Positions 13,781 to 64,000 of a stretch of DNA of 64,000 nt are shown here, piece by piece. Positions within the stretch are counted from its first letter, which is position 1; every line of letters starts with the position of its first letter. The DNA comes from Tubiluchus corallicola (taxonomy: Eukaryota; Animalia; Priapulida). Location of the stretch: the NCBI GenBank assembly GCA_030141605.1, contig JAQGDQ010000185.1, positions 62,001 through 126,000 on the forward strand. The letters are read 5' to 3'. A program made the position numbers and the translations under genes. The notes beneath the pieces are model-generated. The model saw only the letters and a program-made list of their open reading frames with translations, made no database searches and had not been told where the DNA came from.

Positions 13781-16700
13781 AGATATATTTTCATTATCCT
13801 CTTTACTTTTTTGTTATTCTTGGGCTTCCAAATGCATTGTTTTACCCTTTTGCAGTAACTGTTATCATCATCATCGCCATATAGCTGCTAATTGTAGCAG
13901 GAGCTGCTAACGAATGAAACCTGAGCAATCATTCTTGAAGGCAAATTTTTGATTCGTAACTCATTAACACCGTTTACAAGGAGGCACCGTTTTCCACTCC
14001 AGGCAAACTTTCAAATCATCACCGAACAGCTACACTGCCACTTATGCAAGCCTCTCTACCACTTACAGACGTCTCTTTCGCAGCAGCAAATATGTCGCAT
14101 TGAACTCTAAGAGCCCCCAGTAACGCAAGGAGTTCTTGATCAATGTTTGTTGAGTGACACATTTCCAGTTTAATTGAATCTTAACACGAGAGTCTAGAAA
14201 AAACATTTCAGTCTAAGAGGGAGCAACAAGTCTTTGGCTTTAATTGAAATTCTTTGTGCAGCAAGAAATGTGAGCGACGCTTATTGTTTGTAGTTTGATT
14301 AAAACCTGTCTTAGTCTTGAGAAAGGTTTTAGAGAAATTCTATCATGATACAACATTCACTGAGTTGTGAGTCTTATACAATCTAAATGTGTAGGTGTGC
14401 GAAAACCAAAACATTCGTATATGACATAAAATACATTAAAAAGAATGCTTAGAAAATATTAAATTTAGATAAATCGTAACTGTTCCCAAACACCCAGCGT
14501 TTAAACTCATCTAGGATCCATTTTAATTCAGTTGTTTCTCCAACTGCGGAAACTAATCTAAGAAACTAATCTGTTCGTCAAATACGAAAAATAACATGCT
14601 GAAACACAGCAATTACCTATATTTATCTTGCATAATACAAATAAGAGGGATCTCATAATTATGCGGATGGTTATAAAACATATCCGGGGCGGAGTAACCA
14701 TTAGGCTAATAAAGGTATAGCCTTGGACCCTAAATTTTGATGGGCTCTCGGTGTCGTGAGACCGATGACTAATTAAAGTATTATACTGAGATAATATTTT
14801 CAACAAGATAGCAAAATTTTTACAACTGAGCTTGCGAGAAACAAGTGTATTAAATGCAACTGTTCAGCACATTGAATATATACAGAATCGTCCAGAAAAA
14901 AGTTGCCCCAGAATCCAAATTAACCTATAGTCGTGGTAGAAGCATTTGGTAGACCCACATTGTTGGGTAAGCCGGTTTTTCTTCAAAGAACTATAATTTT
15001 TCTTGGAAGATCCCCAGTTTCTAGGACGTTGCTAGTCGTTTTTCTACATGCTGGTCCGAAAATCAGCAAAAATGGCTGTTTTCGAGGTTTTTCGCCCACC
15101 TTTCCTAGAAAAACACGTCATTAAAAAACGTTTCAGTGGCACTTGATTGGGGTCGGAGGAAAACTTAGAGCTCTTTAGAAAGAAGAGAAAGATCCGCGAT
15201 GATGTGAGTCTTTTCTTGCTAATATCTCTGCCAGGACGAAGGGCTACAGGACGGAGGACGAAGCGCATATATATGTATATTGAGGGTTTTGAGGTCCTTC
15301 GTTTGTTGACAGCCGTAGGGCCGTAAAATCCATCCCGGAACATATTATCTTGAATGTATGACTTTACACGGAAGGAAACGCCTCTTTTGGAAAAAATGAA
15401 TACAAAAAATAAAAAAAACTGCAACTTGACAGCTGTTGTTGCTGTAGTTACCTAAGTACAGCGCCTCCAGTGAGTTATTGACTCAATCTTCTTCTTTAGT
15501 CACGCTCTTTTCATATTGACACAGTCTTCAATGATTTTGCTTTCATTCTGGCATGTACCCAAGTTTGCAATAGAACTCAAAGTGGTAAAGTCAAAATGGT
15601 TTTAGTTCAAGGTTTCTGATAAGGTGTAATGTGGTGGGTGTGATTGGAGTTAGCTAAGATGATCCAGTAAAATGAAAAGTCACACGAAAGTAAATCATCT
15701 GTTTTTCGTTCGTTCGTCCGTCCGTTCGATCGATCGTTTGTTCGGGCGTTAGTTCGTTAGTTTTCGTGTTTCGTTGATTAATTATTTTGTTCAGTCATTC
15801 GTTCAATCGCTATTTTTGCTCTTTCGTTACATGGTTTCGTTTGTTGGTTCTTTTATTTATTCGTTTGTTCTTTCATTCGTTTATTTGTTTTTGTTTGTTC
15901 CTTCATCACTCCGTCTGCTAATCCGTCTTTTGTTTATTGCTTGCTTTCGTCTTTTTCTGAGATGCTTTTCTGTTGCCTTTTTTTAACATAAGCGTTTTAC
16001 GTATCAGAAATTTACTCACATGACCAGAGATATCGCACCATTCGTACAAAAGATAATTCTTTAAATTATAAATCTGTCAGCTTTATTCAACCAAAGTTTG
16101 CAAGTCAATTATTAATTAGTAGCCAAAATTCTCTAGGCAGTATTTAACCAGTGGAGAAATGTAAGCCTATCGCTCGCCTGCATAATCTGCCATTACCTGC
16201 ACTTGCCTAACATAAGAGCAAGTGAAATACTAGATAGCTCTCTGACACTTGTTTATGCAAACAACAACATCTCACACGCAACAAATTGCAGAACAAGGCT
16301 ATTATCCGCATTTTTGTAGCATCGTGACCTAACTGAAGACTCAGAGCCGTGTATAATTGAAGAAGAATCTCTTAGAATCCTTGACACAGTTTTGCCTATC
16401 TCTCATCGAAGCGGCCTGGACTGGCCAAACGGCGAAATGCATAATAAAAGATGAAGCCACTCTTCGTTCATCCCAGATGGCGGCTTGTCATGGCTTCCCT
16501 GGTGTTATCCTCCTCATGGTCTGAACATTGAAAACCACTTAACGTGTTTAAAAGACTTGCAATAGTCTTGTTTTAACTTTGTTAGGTGAGAGTTGGAAAC
16601 TAGTCACAAAACTCACCCGATCCACATATGACCCATAAGTTCGCGACAGTGAACCCAGTTTGATCATATAGGTAATCTTTCAAGATTATAGTGGCCAATA

Positions 16701-16984
16701 GTCAGGTGCAGCTAACGGCACTGACCCAATCTAATTTTTACACTGAACTGTTAATAGTATTTTACTTATGATAAAATCTGATATAAAAACCAAAGCACCT
16801 AAACACTTCTTTCTAATCCGAGATTATATGTAGGACTTCACATAACACTGCAAAAGACGTTTTTACTTTTAAAAATAGAATGAACTAACCGTTGAGAAAG
16901 TAACATTGACAAATACTGGCAAACAAGACAGCAAGAACTTTAGTATTTTTGCAAAAGTCAGATATTCATGCAATTAATTGACGC

Positions 16985-17120
16985 ATAGTGGTGCGGCACA
17001 ATGGTAGCATGCTCGCTTCCATCGCGTAAGGTCGCGGGTTCAATTCCCGACCGAGTAAAACCAAAAACCAAAAACTTAAAAATGGTACAGCTAGCAGTTC
17101 GACCAAGCACGCTGGTTTAT
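16985..17120 (+). mobile_element. tRNA-derived SINE
   Basis: A-box-like TGGTGCGGCACAATGG and B-box GGTTCAATTCC, then CCGAGT...ACTTAAAAATGGTAC...GCACGCTGG. A related body (CGGGTCATTTCGAAGACTTTAAAAATAGTA...GGCGCGCTGG) lies at 49262-49400. No complete cloverleaf acceptor stem. Confidence 0.65.
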
Positions 17121-19147
17121 CGAATTAACATGCGGGTAATAATAACCGGAACCACCTCGGAAATACGCATTGAGTTACTCAAGGAGTTATCCCTAAACGA
17201 CATTATTATTATTATGTTGTACGATGGCTTATTTGACGCACAAACTGTTCATTATTTTTTCATTATGCTATCATTTGCAATGATTAAATAGTGTCTTGGT
17301 CGAAAAGTTAAAAAAACAACTCTCGAACAACATTCATTTTTTTAGATACACAATTAAAAGTATTGAAATTACCATATAATATACGCGTATAAAAGGCCTT
17401 GTTTAAAAATGCAAAAGAAATTTAAATCATTCTTATCTACCACCAAACAAACCTCGCTGCTAGCATATTTGAAAAAATGACATAAGCTGGCGGACACCAC
17501 GAAGGCACGCATAAAGACCTTCTACAGTTCACCCAGAAGTTCCGCTATTCTATCTCACTTGATCTTTGTGTGAAAACAAATCAGCGGATCAATTAGCGAT
17601 GATTATAAAGTGCTTACATGCCTTTAAATTACAAGTTAGACCTCAATATGCGTTAAGTACTATATAAAAATTACTAATTTAATTACAGATAAGTATGAAA
17701 TTCTGGGAGGCTGAGAGTGCATAGTAGGTACAAGGCTGGTTATTTAGCTTATAAAGCTCAATTTGTGCTTATTAGAATAATATCCCATTGTCCGGGAGGG
17801 GGAGGTAACTAGGCGAGACGAAGGTTATTCTTCTACCATTAGTAATTGGTTTTCATTAAGTATTGGGCAAATAATGGCATTAATAGTAATTAATAATAAC
17901 ATTAATTGTAGTTGATAATAGAAAAACTGCAACTGCAATAAAGTTTGCTTCAGCACCTGAGGAATGAATGTTTATAATCACACGATAAACGGATGACGTC
18001 ATTTATCATTCAAAATGAGCGCGCCTAAGCGTGAAATGATCGCCATTTTAAATTGATTTTACTAATTACACGAGGCGCTTATCACAATTTTTCTGCTGAA
18101 AGTTTCTAATATTATTCTCAGATATTAAAATAAGCTTAGCGTCCTGAGAGCCTTGGCTTTTCCTTTAATGAAAACGGAATTAGACCGAAAATCACGCTCC
18201 TCAACATTTCAATTTTAATTTCGTGTTTGTACTTGAACAGACAGCTGCTTTGGCATTGTTTATTAGTCCGTTTTCTCTTGTTTCGTGTTTGTGAATTGAG
18301 ATTTATAGCATCGTATATTGCAAGGCAGATGTTTCTAGAACAAACGAATTAATTGACTCTCTCAGTCAGCTAGTGATCCATGACATTTTAAAAGTCTTAT
18401 TCAAGTTGAAATAATGTACGTGTGTGTGCGTTGTGTGTGAGTGCACATGTGTGCATGTGCCTGCGCGCGTGTTTGCTCGCGTGGTAGATAGGTAGCAAAT
18501 TAGATAGTAAGGCAACACGTTCATGCGAAGTAATTAAGATACAAATCAGTGAGGACATACGTGACTGAAAGTGAATAAAATACCAGCAACAAGCAAAGAG
18601 GAAACTGTCTTCACAGCGGCATTCACAATGTAGCCTATATGCTTATTCGCGGTTAATTATGTGGAACAGCTAATCTTAGAGTACCCAGAGTACAAGCCAT
18701 ACCTGGTGCGTGTTTCTCAAGAAAAAACATTCTTTGCAGGCTGATTCTTCAGAAATTTTTAGGCATTAGGATTTTTAGTGTTTTATTCGTTGCGTGGCAC
18801 TCATATGGCTTTTTTCATAAGTGTTTGCGGCTCGTTCAACAATCGTCGCTTAGCTTTAGCAGAATTTCTAAGAGGCGGCACTTCAAATGTCCAAAACGGA
18901 AGGTTTTTCGTCTCACAGAAACTTAACCAGCTTCAACTTGTGCAGGGTTGTTGCACCTAAAAGGAAATTTCGTTTGTCCGTTCTCTCTTTTGATTTCGTT
19001 ATTAGGTCGAACGAATAAATTTTGCACAGATATACGGCTACTTACAGATTTTTATTTCTTTAAGCATATCATTTATCATCCAGCTTGTATCATGACTTTT
19101 TTGACGATTGAGAATGGCGGGCGTAGCCAGGTTCTAAAGTTAAGCGG

Positions 19148-19590
19148 ATTATTATTTTTATAAGTCTTTTATTTGCACACATATACAAACTATACTACAG
19201 TATGTACAAGTGTTGCCCTCTATTTGTAGTGCAAAAATACTGTACATTAAATACATCTAACCAGAAGTTAAATATCATCAATTTATCTAACAATATCTAT
19301 ATCAGCATAACAATTTGGCCTTCCTATTTAGACAAAATTATTTACAAAGTTTTTACATTAAACTAGGCCATTGCTAAATTGAAAAATGCTTTTAAAATTT
19401 CTCTATTGCGTTCGCGTATAATATGATTTATATCTAATGTTAGTAATTTATCTGTTAAGGCATTTCTTTTGGTTGTATCGACTAGATGGCATTCAAACAA
19501 TAAATGATGCGGGGTTTGCCTACCATTCATACATTCGCATATATCAGCATCTGCACATCCAATACGGTACAAAAGTTCTTTGAAATTACC
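19148..19590 (-). mobile_element. 5'-truncated LINE 3' end with a CCHC zinc-knuckle remnant
   Basis: ORF 19363-19572 reads YRIG.AD.DICEC...QTPHHLLFEC, a typical LINE ORF2 C-terminus. It is followed on the minus strand by AATAAA and a short TAA tail. Confidence 0.7.
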
Positions 19591-20879
19591 TTATCAAGCT
19601 AAAACGCTAAATGCAAATCTTTCTGTTTTTTCTCTTAGACTGATGGGAAAGTTAGGGGGAGGAAGCACATAAGAAGGCGCTGTGACGTATACCAAACAAT
19701 TTTTTGCGCATTGGTTATAAATTTTAATTTTGTGTTTATAATCAAGATACGCAGAAGACGCAGTTTTAAGGGAAGTACATAATCGACTGTAGGTCTATTA
19801 AAAGGCAATCGTTTGACAAAAATATGTTATAATAATTAGATTTGGGGCAACTTGATCCTTGGTTCAATCAGTCAACCTTGACAAATGAGTTGCTTAAATG
19901 TACGTTCATTTCAAAAACGCGAGAGGCAGGTTGGTCAAATAAAATAATGACTACATTGTTGAAAAGGGGCCAATTTTGAAAAATATGCTCGGTGAGCAGT
20001 TGCTGCTTTGCTCCCCTATTAGCTACGCAACTACAAGGGAGAGATGCTTCAGTTAGTTACCATTGCGAGAGCTTTATCGAAGGCCACTTTTCCAGTTGCA
20101 AGGCCTAACATATGTTACCTAAGTCATGAAAATGCCTTCAGTGGCATAGCTGTTGGGACAGTTAATTTGCAAATGAATATAAAACTTACGCTAACGCTAA
20201 GGTGATTTACACCACCCACTGACAAGTCCTGCTGAAAATTAGTACTACTACCAGGACAATAAGTTTAGTAGTCCATTATGTCATGTAGTCCACGTTGTCA
20301 CCCGTTCCGATAAAAAAAGTATTTTTCTGGTGACTATATTATAACTGCTAGTCAATTTCAAGAAACGCCATGATCATTTAATAAGGGTTAGTAATTGGAC
20401 GTTTATAATAATGAATCTAGTAACTCAATTATAGCCGAAATTACGAAATTTTATCTAAGTATTACTGCAGAATCCTAATCTACGATATCAGCCTTTGGAG
20501 TAGATTAAAAGTTAAACGTCATATTAAATAACGCGAGTGCACTTCGAGGAATGTCTGGTCCTAAATTGTTTAGATGTAATTTCGAAATTTCTGACGTGGC
20601 ACGTTTGCTCACATCATTATAGTTTAATATCAGTTTCGTCTCTAAATGTGACCTTCACGTCAATGGGATAATTTAGTTGTGGTTAGTGTCTTAAATTTCT
20701 TTGATGTGGTGTCGAAAAAGTAAAAAGCGCAAAATTCTGCTGCCAGATCGATCACATCAATTTATAACGTTTTATTTGTAAAAAAGGTAGGTGATAATTA
20801 GTTTCATTACTGTTATTATAGTTTATCCTAAGGCTTTCGTATGGTAACTATTTTTAAGAATAATAATAGTAAAAAATAT

Positions 20880-21020
20880 GGTTACTGTTGTTGCTGTCGA
20901 TGTTGTTATTGTTGCTGTTGCTGTTGTCGATGCCGGTTTTGCTACTACTGCTGTTGTTGTTGCTACTGTTGATGCAGTTGATATTCTTGTTGTTATTGTT
21001 GTTGTTACTGCTGCTATTAC
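20880..21020. repeat. Degenerate (GTT/GCT)n tract
   Basis: Directly visible. Confidence 0.8.
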
Positions 21021-21618
21021 AAGATTGAGCTTCAATAATTGACGCTCGTTCAGTTAAAATTTATCATCGTTCCACTGGCTGCGAAATCTGTGTACTAGAA
21101 TTAATTAGATTTCTAATTTTCCTCAATTAACAACAGCAAGTTTATGACTCATTACCGCCTGATTTATTGCATAGTTGGACTTCGAAAATGAAAATGAGTG
21201 AGTATTAGCGTTGACCATTTAAAAAATTCGTTGAATTTGTTGATCACCCACGATGGTTGTTTGCAAAAGTCGGTAAACGAGTGTCAATACATCATTTCAG
21301 TCGATTTCTTTTATTAGAACTGCCAAATTGCATTGCAAAAGTAATTCGCTTTTTAACTAATTAGTATTTTTGGCAATTTGGTGATTAGTCGAGTCTTTCT
21401 CAGAACTTAATTTGTTCGAAAAATGTAGAAAGTTGATAAAAATTAATTCAAACATATCAAAAGTAATATTTCTGGTGGAAATAATGTTTCCGCTTGTTTT
21501 TTTTTCGCCAGCTCGTGAATAGTGACTGATTCTTCATCCTTAATAACAGAAAAGACATTGATTAATTAACTAACATTTCGTAAACTAAATTTTACTTTCC
21601 TAGTCCAGTTTGATTACC

Positions 21619-21915
21619 AGTCAGTCGGTCGGTCGGTCGGTTGGTCGGTCGGTCGGTCGGTCGGTTGGTCAGTCACTCAGTCAGTCAGTCGGTCGGTCGG
21701 TCGGTCGGTCGGTCGGTCGGTCGGTCGGTCGGTCGGTCGGTCGGTCGGTCGGTCGGTCAGTCAGTCAGTCAGTCAGTCAGTCAGCTAGTCAGTCAGCCAG
21801 TTAGTCAGTCGGTCGGTCGGTCGGTCCGTCGGTCCGTCGGTCAGTCAGTCAGTCAGTCAGTCAGTCAGTCAGTCAGTCAGTCAGTCAGTCAGTCAGTCAG
21901 TCAGTCAGTCAGTCA

Positions 21916-21948
<33 letters not shown>

Positions 21949-21951
21949 ACA
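21619..21951. repeat. Compound (GGTC)n/(AGTC)n tetranucleotide repeat
   Basis: Directly visible. Confidence 0.97.
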
Positions 21952-22917
21952 GTCATTCAGCCTATCAGACAGTTAGTCAATTAGTCAGCCAGGCAGTCGA
22001 TCAGTCTGTCTTGTCAACAGTTACTCAGTCAGTTGGTAAAGGAGCAAGGGAGATTTATCACCCTCTTAAAGCATTTTGTCAGAGTTGGATGTTAGCGTTT
22101 AAACGTAGGTGTTGTAAAGCAACATAGCTGCTATAAAAACCTAAATTTGTCTGAGGATGCAAGCTAAACTGTTGATTTTTGCATAAACTACTTAGAAATG
22201 AATTTGCAGGATGGGCTGGAGCAAAGTTTTTCTTCTTTTTTATCATCCCCGGATTAGAGTATCTACACGTGAAGATCTCATCTATACGTATCGAGAACTT
22301 CTTTGTTGTCTATCCATATAAGACTGAGTCCTTCAAATAGAATCCTATTTCTCCTCGTGTATCGTTTCATTCGTGTTTTTTCCTTTTCGAATCTGTGTTA
22401 GGGAGCTGTTAGAAATTCGAACTCTCATTAGTACTTTTAGTTAGCTGAACTAAGTTGAAAAAATACTCTAACCTTATTAGCCGAAAGACAGTCAGTTTTT
22501 CGCAAATTTATTGGCAAGTCTGACACGGTTAACAGTGTTAATCACGGTTAATCACGTAAGCGAACCCGGCTCACACCGACTTAGGCTATCCTAAGAAACA
22601 GAATTTATTTACCTCGGTTCCATGGACATTACCTTGATACGCGATTCCCGCAGAGATATCTTTTTATCACCACAGCGACTTGGCGAATAAACGCGATGCT
22701 TTTTCACAATCTAAACGAGTCGTAAATATATTGAATAATTGAATTGCAACTGGTATTTGTATTAAATGTACTTCGCTGTAGGATGATTTTTTTACTTTTT
22801 TCTGGTTACTCTATAAGAATTAGAGACTCAATTGTCACATCTAAGCAGACAGCAATTTTCTTACATATATGGACTTACATACTACCTATCAAACAATTAA
22901 TGAACCAGTAACAGTTT

Positions 22918-22949
22918 TGTGTTGTTGTTGTTGTTGTTGTTGCTGCTGT

Positions 22950-22981
<32 letters not shown>

Positions 22982-23030
22982 TGTTGTTATTGTTGTTGCT
23001 GTTGTTGCTGCTGCTGCTGCTGGTGGTGGT
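22918..23030. repeat. (TGT/TGC)n microsatellite
   Basis: Directly visible; source of the poly-C ORF. Confidence 0.93.
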
Positions 23031-23488
23031 ATTCTAATTACCATGCTAGGCTTCTACGATTGCAGGTTCTTTGAGGTGGACTCTCAATGCAGAATTTTTT
23101 CTAAGCAGAAAGTAAACACTAAATAAAGTGGTTTCAGTTAAATATTGTCTAGAAAGCTCTTCTAGCTTCTAACATGTATAACTGCGACTCACGGAACTAT
23201 CATTGCTATTATCTGGACCCATAGCCAAATAGAAAGTCATCAATTACGAACCAGATGGTCTCGAGTTCAAATCCTGACTACTCCACAATTTTTCAGCGTC
23301 TCCTTTCTTTCAACTCATTACCCGCAATGGGTAATAATTGTTTAGTTGTACAATAAACGACAATAGTTTATGAACATTCTGGCATTCACAGTCGTAATCC
23401 AATTAACATCTAGGACTATTCCTTTAGCGGCTAACACGCAGAAACATATACCACTCAAGAAACTGTTTTGATGGCAGGCTACTTTTAA

Positions 23489-24144
23489 AGCACGAGAAAA
23501 CCCTCTACTTAAATAAAGCTTAAAAAATTCGTCTCGAAATTTTACGTACTACCTTTTCGTATGCATGGCTTGCACAGGCCGTAACGCTGTGTAAAACGTA
23601 TAAATTTAAACTCCTGACATGACCGTTAGGCGCAGCCATTTTAATGGTAGGTCATTTGAAACAAGTTTTGATAACATTAAGTAAAGTTTGAAAAAATAAT
23701 CAGAGCATTCGTAGCATACATGTTGCTAATTAAGTAAAATTTTAAATTACTGTATCTTGTCAATAAGATTAAAAATACGTTTTTGGCTAGTTAGTGGCGC
23801 ACCCAGGAGGGTGAGTAACCTACATTTTACCAATTGGCACAAACATTTTAAATTATTAGTCTAGTTACGTAAGCCTTTCCAGCAGGTAATGCTAAGTAAT
23901 GTAGATTTGCACGGATATTTTTTTGGGTCATAATTTAACATTGCCCTTTCTTCTCCTGGTTTACGTGGCGTAGTGACGTCATGTAATGGCGCCGTCGGAA
24001 CAGTATTGCGGGAGATTTAAAATGAAAACAAACGAAAATTCCTTTCAACGCGAATATGATATGTGCATAAACTTGCTGCAAAGTAGTATAATTTTATAAG
24101 GCGATTTTTCTGAAACCTACTTCAGGTGCCCCGTTTCTTGTCCT
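23489..24144. mobile_element. TTAA-flanked non-autonomous DNA transposon (Kolobok-like)
   Basis: TTAA|AGCACGAGAAAACC ... GTTTCTTGTCCT|TTAA: short imperfect TIRs with TTAA flanks. Confidence 0.45.
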
Positions 24145-25454
24145 TTAAGCGAGGTCTAGTCAATGAGGTTGTTCGAGTCATTAAATCTTTCCATGAATCC
24201 TGCACTAAAGCGCACAGGTGAGTTTTGCCAAATAATTATATGACACAGAGAGAAGAAATTTTACTCTTTTTGTACTGAAAGGATTATTAGTTCTGTCTTT
24301 TTGAAATACTGACTGATTAAACGTGGAATTTTGCGAAGGCGCTCAAAACATCGAGAAAAGCAGCTACCCTGCTGTGACTGAATATAAACGATTAGTCCTC
24401 TGGCTTCATAAAAGTGTGTCCTACTGGCTGCTGGTTATCTCACTATTGTTGGAAATATGTCTATTTGGTGGCTGTAAGGGGATAATGTTTTGTAGCCAAT
24501 GTCAGGAAAAAGATCTACACGATTCTGGCTGGCTGAAATGCGAGATGTAATTTTGCAGTACAAGAGTGACACAATGCTTCTATTGTATGAGTCTTCTAAG
24601 CAAAGGTTTAACAGCTCAAACTATATTTGGCTGATTAATTGTTATTTAATTTGGTTAAGTGTGCCTGGCGCGGCTAACTGATATAACAGTAATTCAGGCG
24701 CTTCATTGGTTAAATTGTGCCATTGTCTGCAGTACTGTTGTACATAGTATAAATGTAGTCAAACTGCTGCAGTTAAAACATAAGCTGAAATATTTTTGTT
24801 CTGTGTGTACAGTGTGAGGTGTGAATATAATGTTGGAGAAAAAACATAGGATGTCTACCACTCGGAGTAGGCTACAAGTAATACTGTTGTCTTGATGGTC
24901 GAGGGGCTCGGCCTAAACCGCTACTCGTCTGATGTTGTTTTTGTTTCAAGAGTCCGCTGTTACGTAAAGCATCTTCACGCATCATTAATTTGCTACATGT
25001 TTATTACCCCGCAACTACAATAAGCAAGATGCATGGAACACAGGACGTTTGCTTTGATACTGTCTTCTAAATCTAAACACTATTACTGGATTAATCTGGA
25101 GATCTGTCAGTCTACAAATTCTTCGCAAATGGTACAAACTAACCCGATGACATTATATGGTTTTTCGCTCACTCGGTTTCTTCTAGTTTTCCACACTAAT
25201 ACGTCGCTTGAATATCAGATCAACCGCTGAGTTGAATGTTGTTGGTATATTGAAATTCAGGAGAAACCGCCATGAATCGCCGGGGGATGGGCTATACGAA
25301 AACTAATTCAAAGTTAATTGATAGTAATTATGGCTCGATATCAGGCTAATTAGTTTCCAAGCAAAACATTTTATAGGGCAGCCACTCAAGGAAAAAGTTA
25401 ATGCAGTTAAAATATCGTTGCTTAAATTTTTGGATTTTAGTTAGCTTGTAAATT

Positions 25455-25866
<412 letters not shown>

Positions 25867-26884
25867 TATAGCTTATCCGATCTGCCAAGCCTATAGTAAC
25901 ACACCAACTTTAAAATCAAAATATAATGAAAAAGTATTAAGAAACTGTTCGTTCAAAATAGGTTTTTGTTGAAATATACATAAATAGAAGGAATAAATAA
26001 GAAAATTTTCATTTAAAAAGATCTCTGTTCAAGAATTATGAAAAAAACGACTTCAAAATGTTAGCATTTGTTTAGTTTGATATATTTAGAAGTCTCACGC
26101 ACGTCATAGTCCATTCTTTTTCTTATGTAAGTGTTTAATTTCATTAAAATTCTTAGCTGAAATTCTTAGCTGGAAGCTACATACTCATCAGAAGTATGAG
26201 TGTTGGTTGCAGCAGCTCACACAAGTTGTTATCGACTCAGCTGTTCACTCATTAGAAGCTATCAAAGTTATCTGTTTAGTGGCGACTCGTGTATAGATGC
26301 TGTGGCACTGCGGCACCCCCTGTATTCACTCATTATTATCGAATATTATTAATATTCAATATAATAAGTCTTTTTTCTTTCGTTCTTTTTTACACTTGCA
26401 CGGAACCGGAGCACGTGAGGGAAGTACTATTTGCTTCACAGCCCAAGCAACGTGGTGTATGGCTGTTGTGGGCATGCGGCCATGCCCACATGTCAGAGAT
26501 AACACGCTGTATGCTATCGTCTGCTGCTAGGTAGAAAAATGCTTCGTCTATCACAGTAACAATTGCCACGTGCTTACCATGTACCGTCATATTCTTTGAT
26601 GTGATAAAATGTAAACTTAGCGTGGGTGCTTAAAACATAAATTATTTAACAATGAACGCTTTGCATCCCCAAGAAATACGTTTTGTGACTGTAAGTGAAC
26701 TACAATAGCTTAATTTTTACAATTACAGTTGTCTCTCCACGAGAAAGTTGCAGTTAAGAAAAGTTGAAGTTAAGAACACCCGATCTTCAAATATAACTGC
26801 AACATTAAAATTATATTAAAAGAAGCAATGGGTTTGCTGTATTACATACCAACATACGGAAGTAGAACATTGTACCATATACCA

Positions 26885-27480
26885 ATTTTATTTTGTTTAT
26901 TTTATTTTATTCTTTATTTCACCTCGTAAGCAAAGTCCTAAGCCATAAAAATAAACAATAATTACTAAAAAAACTAATTATAAAAACATAAACCTACAAT
27001 TTACAGAAAATAAAAAGAGAAAGTAGTTAAAATATTTACATAAATGACATACATTAAAATTTCATTCCAATGGGCAAAAATTTTGGAGCATATAAAACAT
27101 CACTATTGTAAATTACATACATACTTTAAGAAACCATTAGAAGGGTCTAAAACACGGCAACTAAGATTATATATACATTTATGCGAAATAACTTAAAAAT
27201 AATTAATATCGTTTTTTTACACAGAATGTAGAGAGCTCGAGTACCATATCTATGTTTGAAGAATTTTACCATAGCTTATTAAAGTTATGGAAGTCATATT
27301 TAGTGCAGAGATTGCAACAATAAAATGACGAACATCGGTTGTACAATAAGAAAAAATGCCTTACGTGGGTGTTTGCTGTGATATAAAATAAGCGAAGTTG
27401 ATTAAGAATATCATCCTCAACTTTTCCGTTATCTGACAACATGTGACCAACATACTTAACGTGCTGTAAATTAACGTGCA
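26885..27480 (-). mobile_element. Decayed LINE 3' fragment (end of the RT region)
   Basis: ORF 27266-27553 contains VKYVGHMLSDNGKVEDDILNQLRLFYITAN, resembling the KYLG..D.DI..Q.R..Y...N segment after the RT domain of non-LTR elements. An (AATAAA)-type tail lies at ~26885-26918. Confidence 0.6.
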
Positions 27481-27586
27481 GCTCAATTTTACAAGATTTT
27501 GTTTTTTCTCCACAGTTGGCGGCGAGAGCTGCTGCTGCGATGAACGAGGACAAATGTGACAGCTGACCTCAGCTTATGACGTTACA

Positions 27587-63970
<36,384 letters not shown>

Positions 63971-64000
63971 GGACTTTGGTACAGAGTAAACTCAAAATCG

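Noticed and set aside
16985-17055. Possible tRNA gene
   Set aside because: A/B boxes are present, but there is no proper acceptor stem and it runs into a repeat body shared with 49262, so it is a SINE head.
17950-17970. RE1/NRSE-like TTCAGCACC upstream of a neural gene
   Set aside because: Only the left half-site matches; the GGACAG right half is absent.
24126-24473. Possible alternative N-terminal exons (24126-24217 and a hydrophobic YWLLVISLLLEICLFGG segment)
   Set aside because: The first overlaps the end of a TTAA-flanked repeat and the second has a weak acceptor. The exon at 27587 gives a better signal peptide in the correct phase.

Overview
AT-rich, repeat-dense animal (invertebrate-type) genomic DNA, not prokaryotic. 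The main gene is a complete spliced Cys-loop ligand-gated anion channel subunit (glycine-receptor/GluCl-like) on the + strand. I reconstructed it by hand from nine phase-compatible GT-AG exons (27587-27660, 33268-33356, 36226-36296, 41159-41385, 42289-42371, 43789-43923, 48295-48533, 59221-59400, 63791-63970; 1278 nt, 425 aa), plus a candidate 18/21-nt microexon at 62444/62447-62464. Nested antisense in its ~10.7-kb seventh intron is the most striking feature: an uninterrupted ORF (52286-54046, - strand, ~586 aa) for a secreted glycoside hydrolase family 8 enzyme with a signal peptide, a CBM2-like module, a Ser/Thr linker and a GH8 catalytic domain. GH8 is a mainly bacterial family, yet this gene carries an apparent TATA box, a 5' exon, a spliceosomal intron and a poly(A) signal, so it is a candidate domesticated horizontally acquired polysaccharide hydrolase. 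The rest of the window is a decayed near-full-length LINE, LINE 3' fragments, tRNA- and 5S-derived SINE-like elements, MITEs and many microsatellites. Most ORFs in the supplied track are repeat artefacts. All family assignments are from motif recognition; no searches were run.
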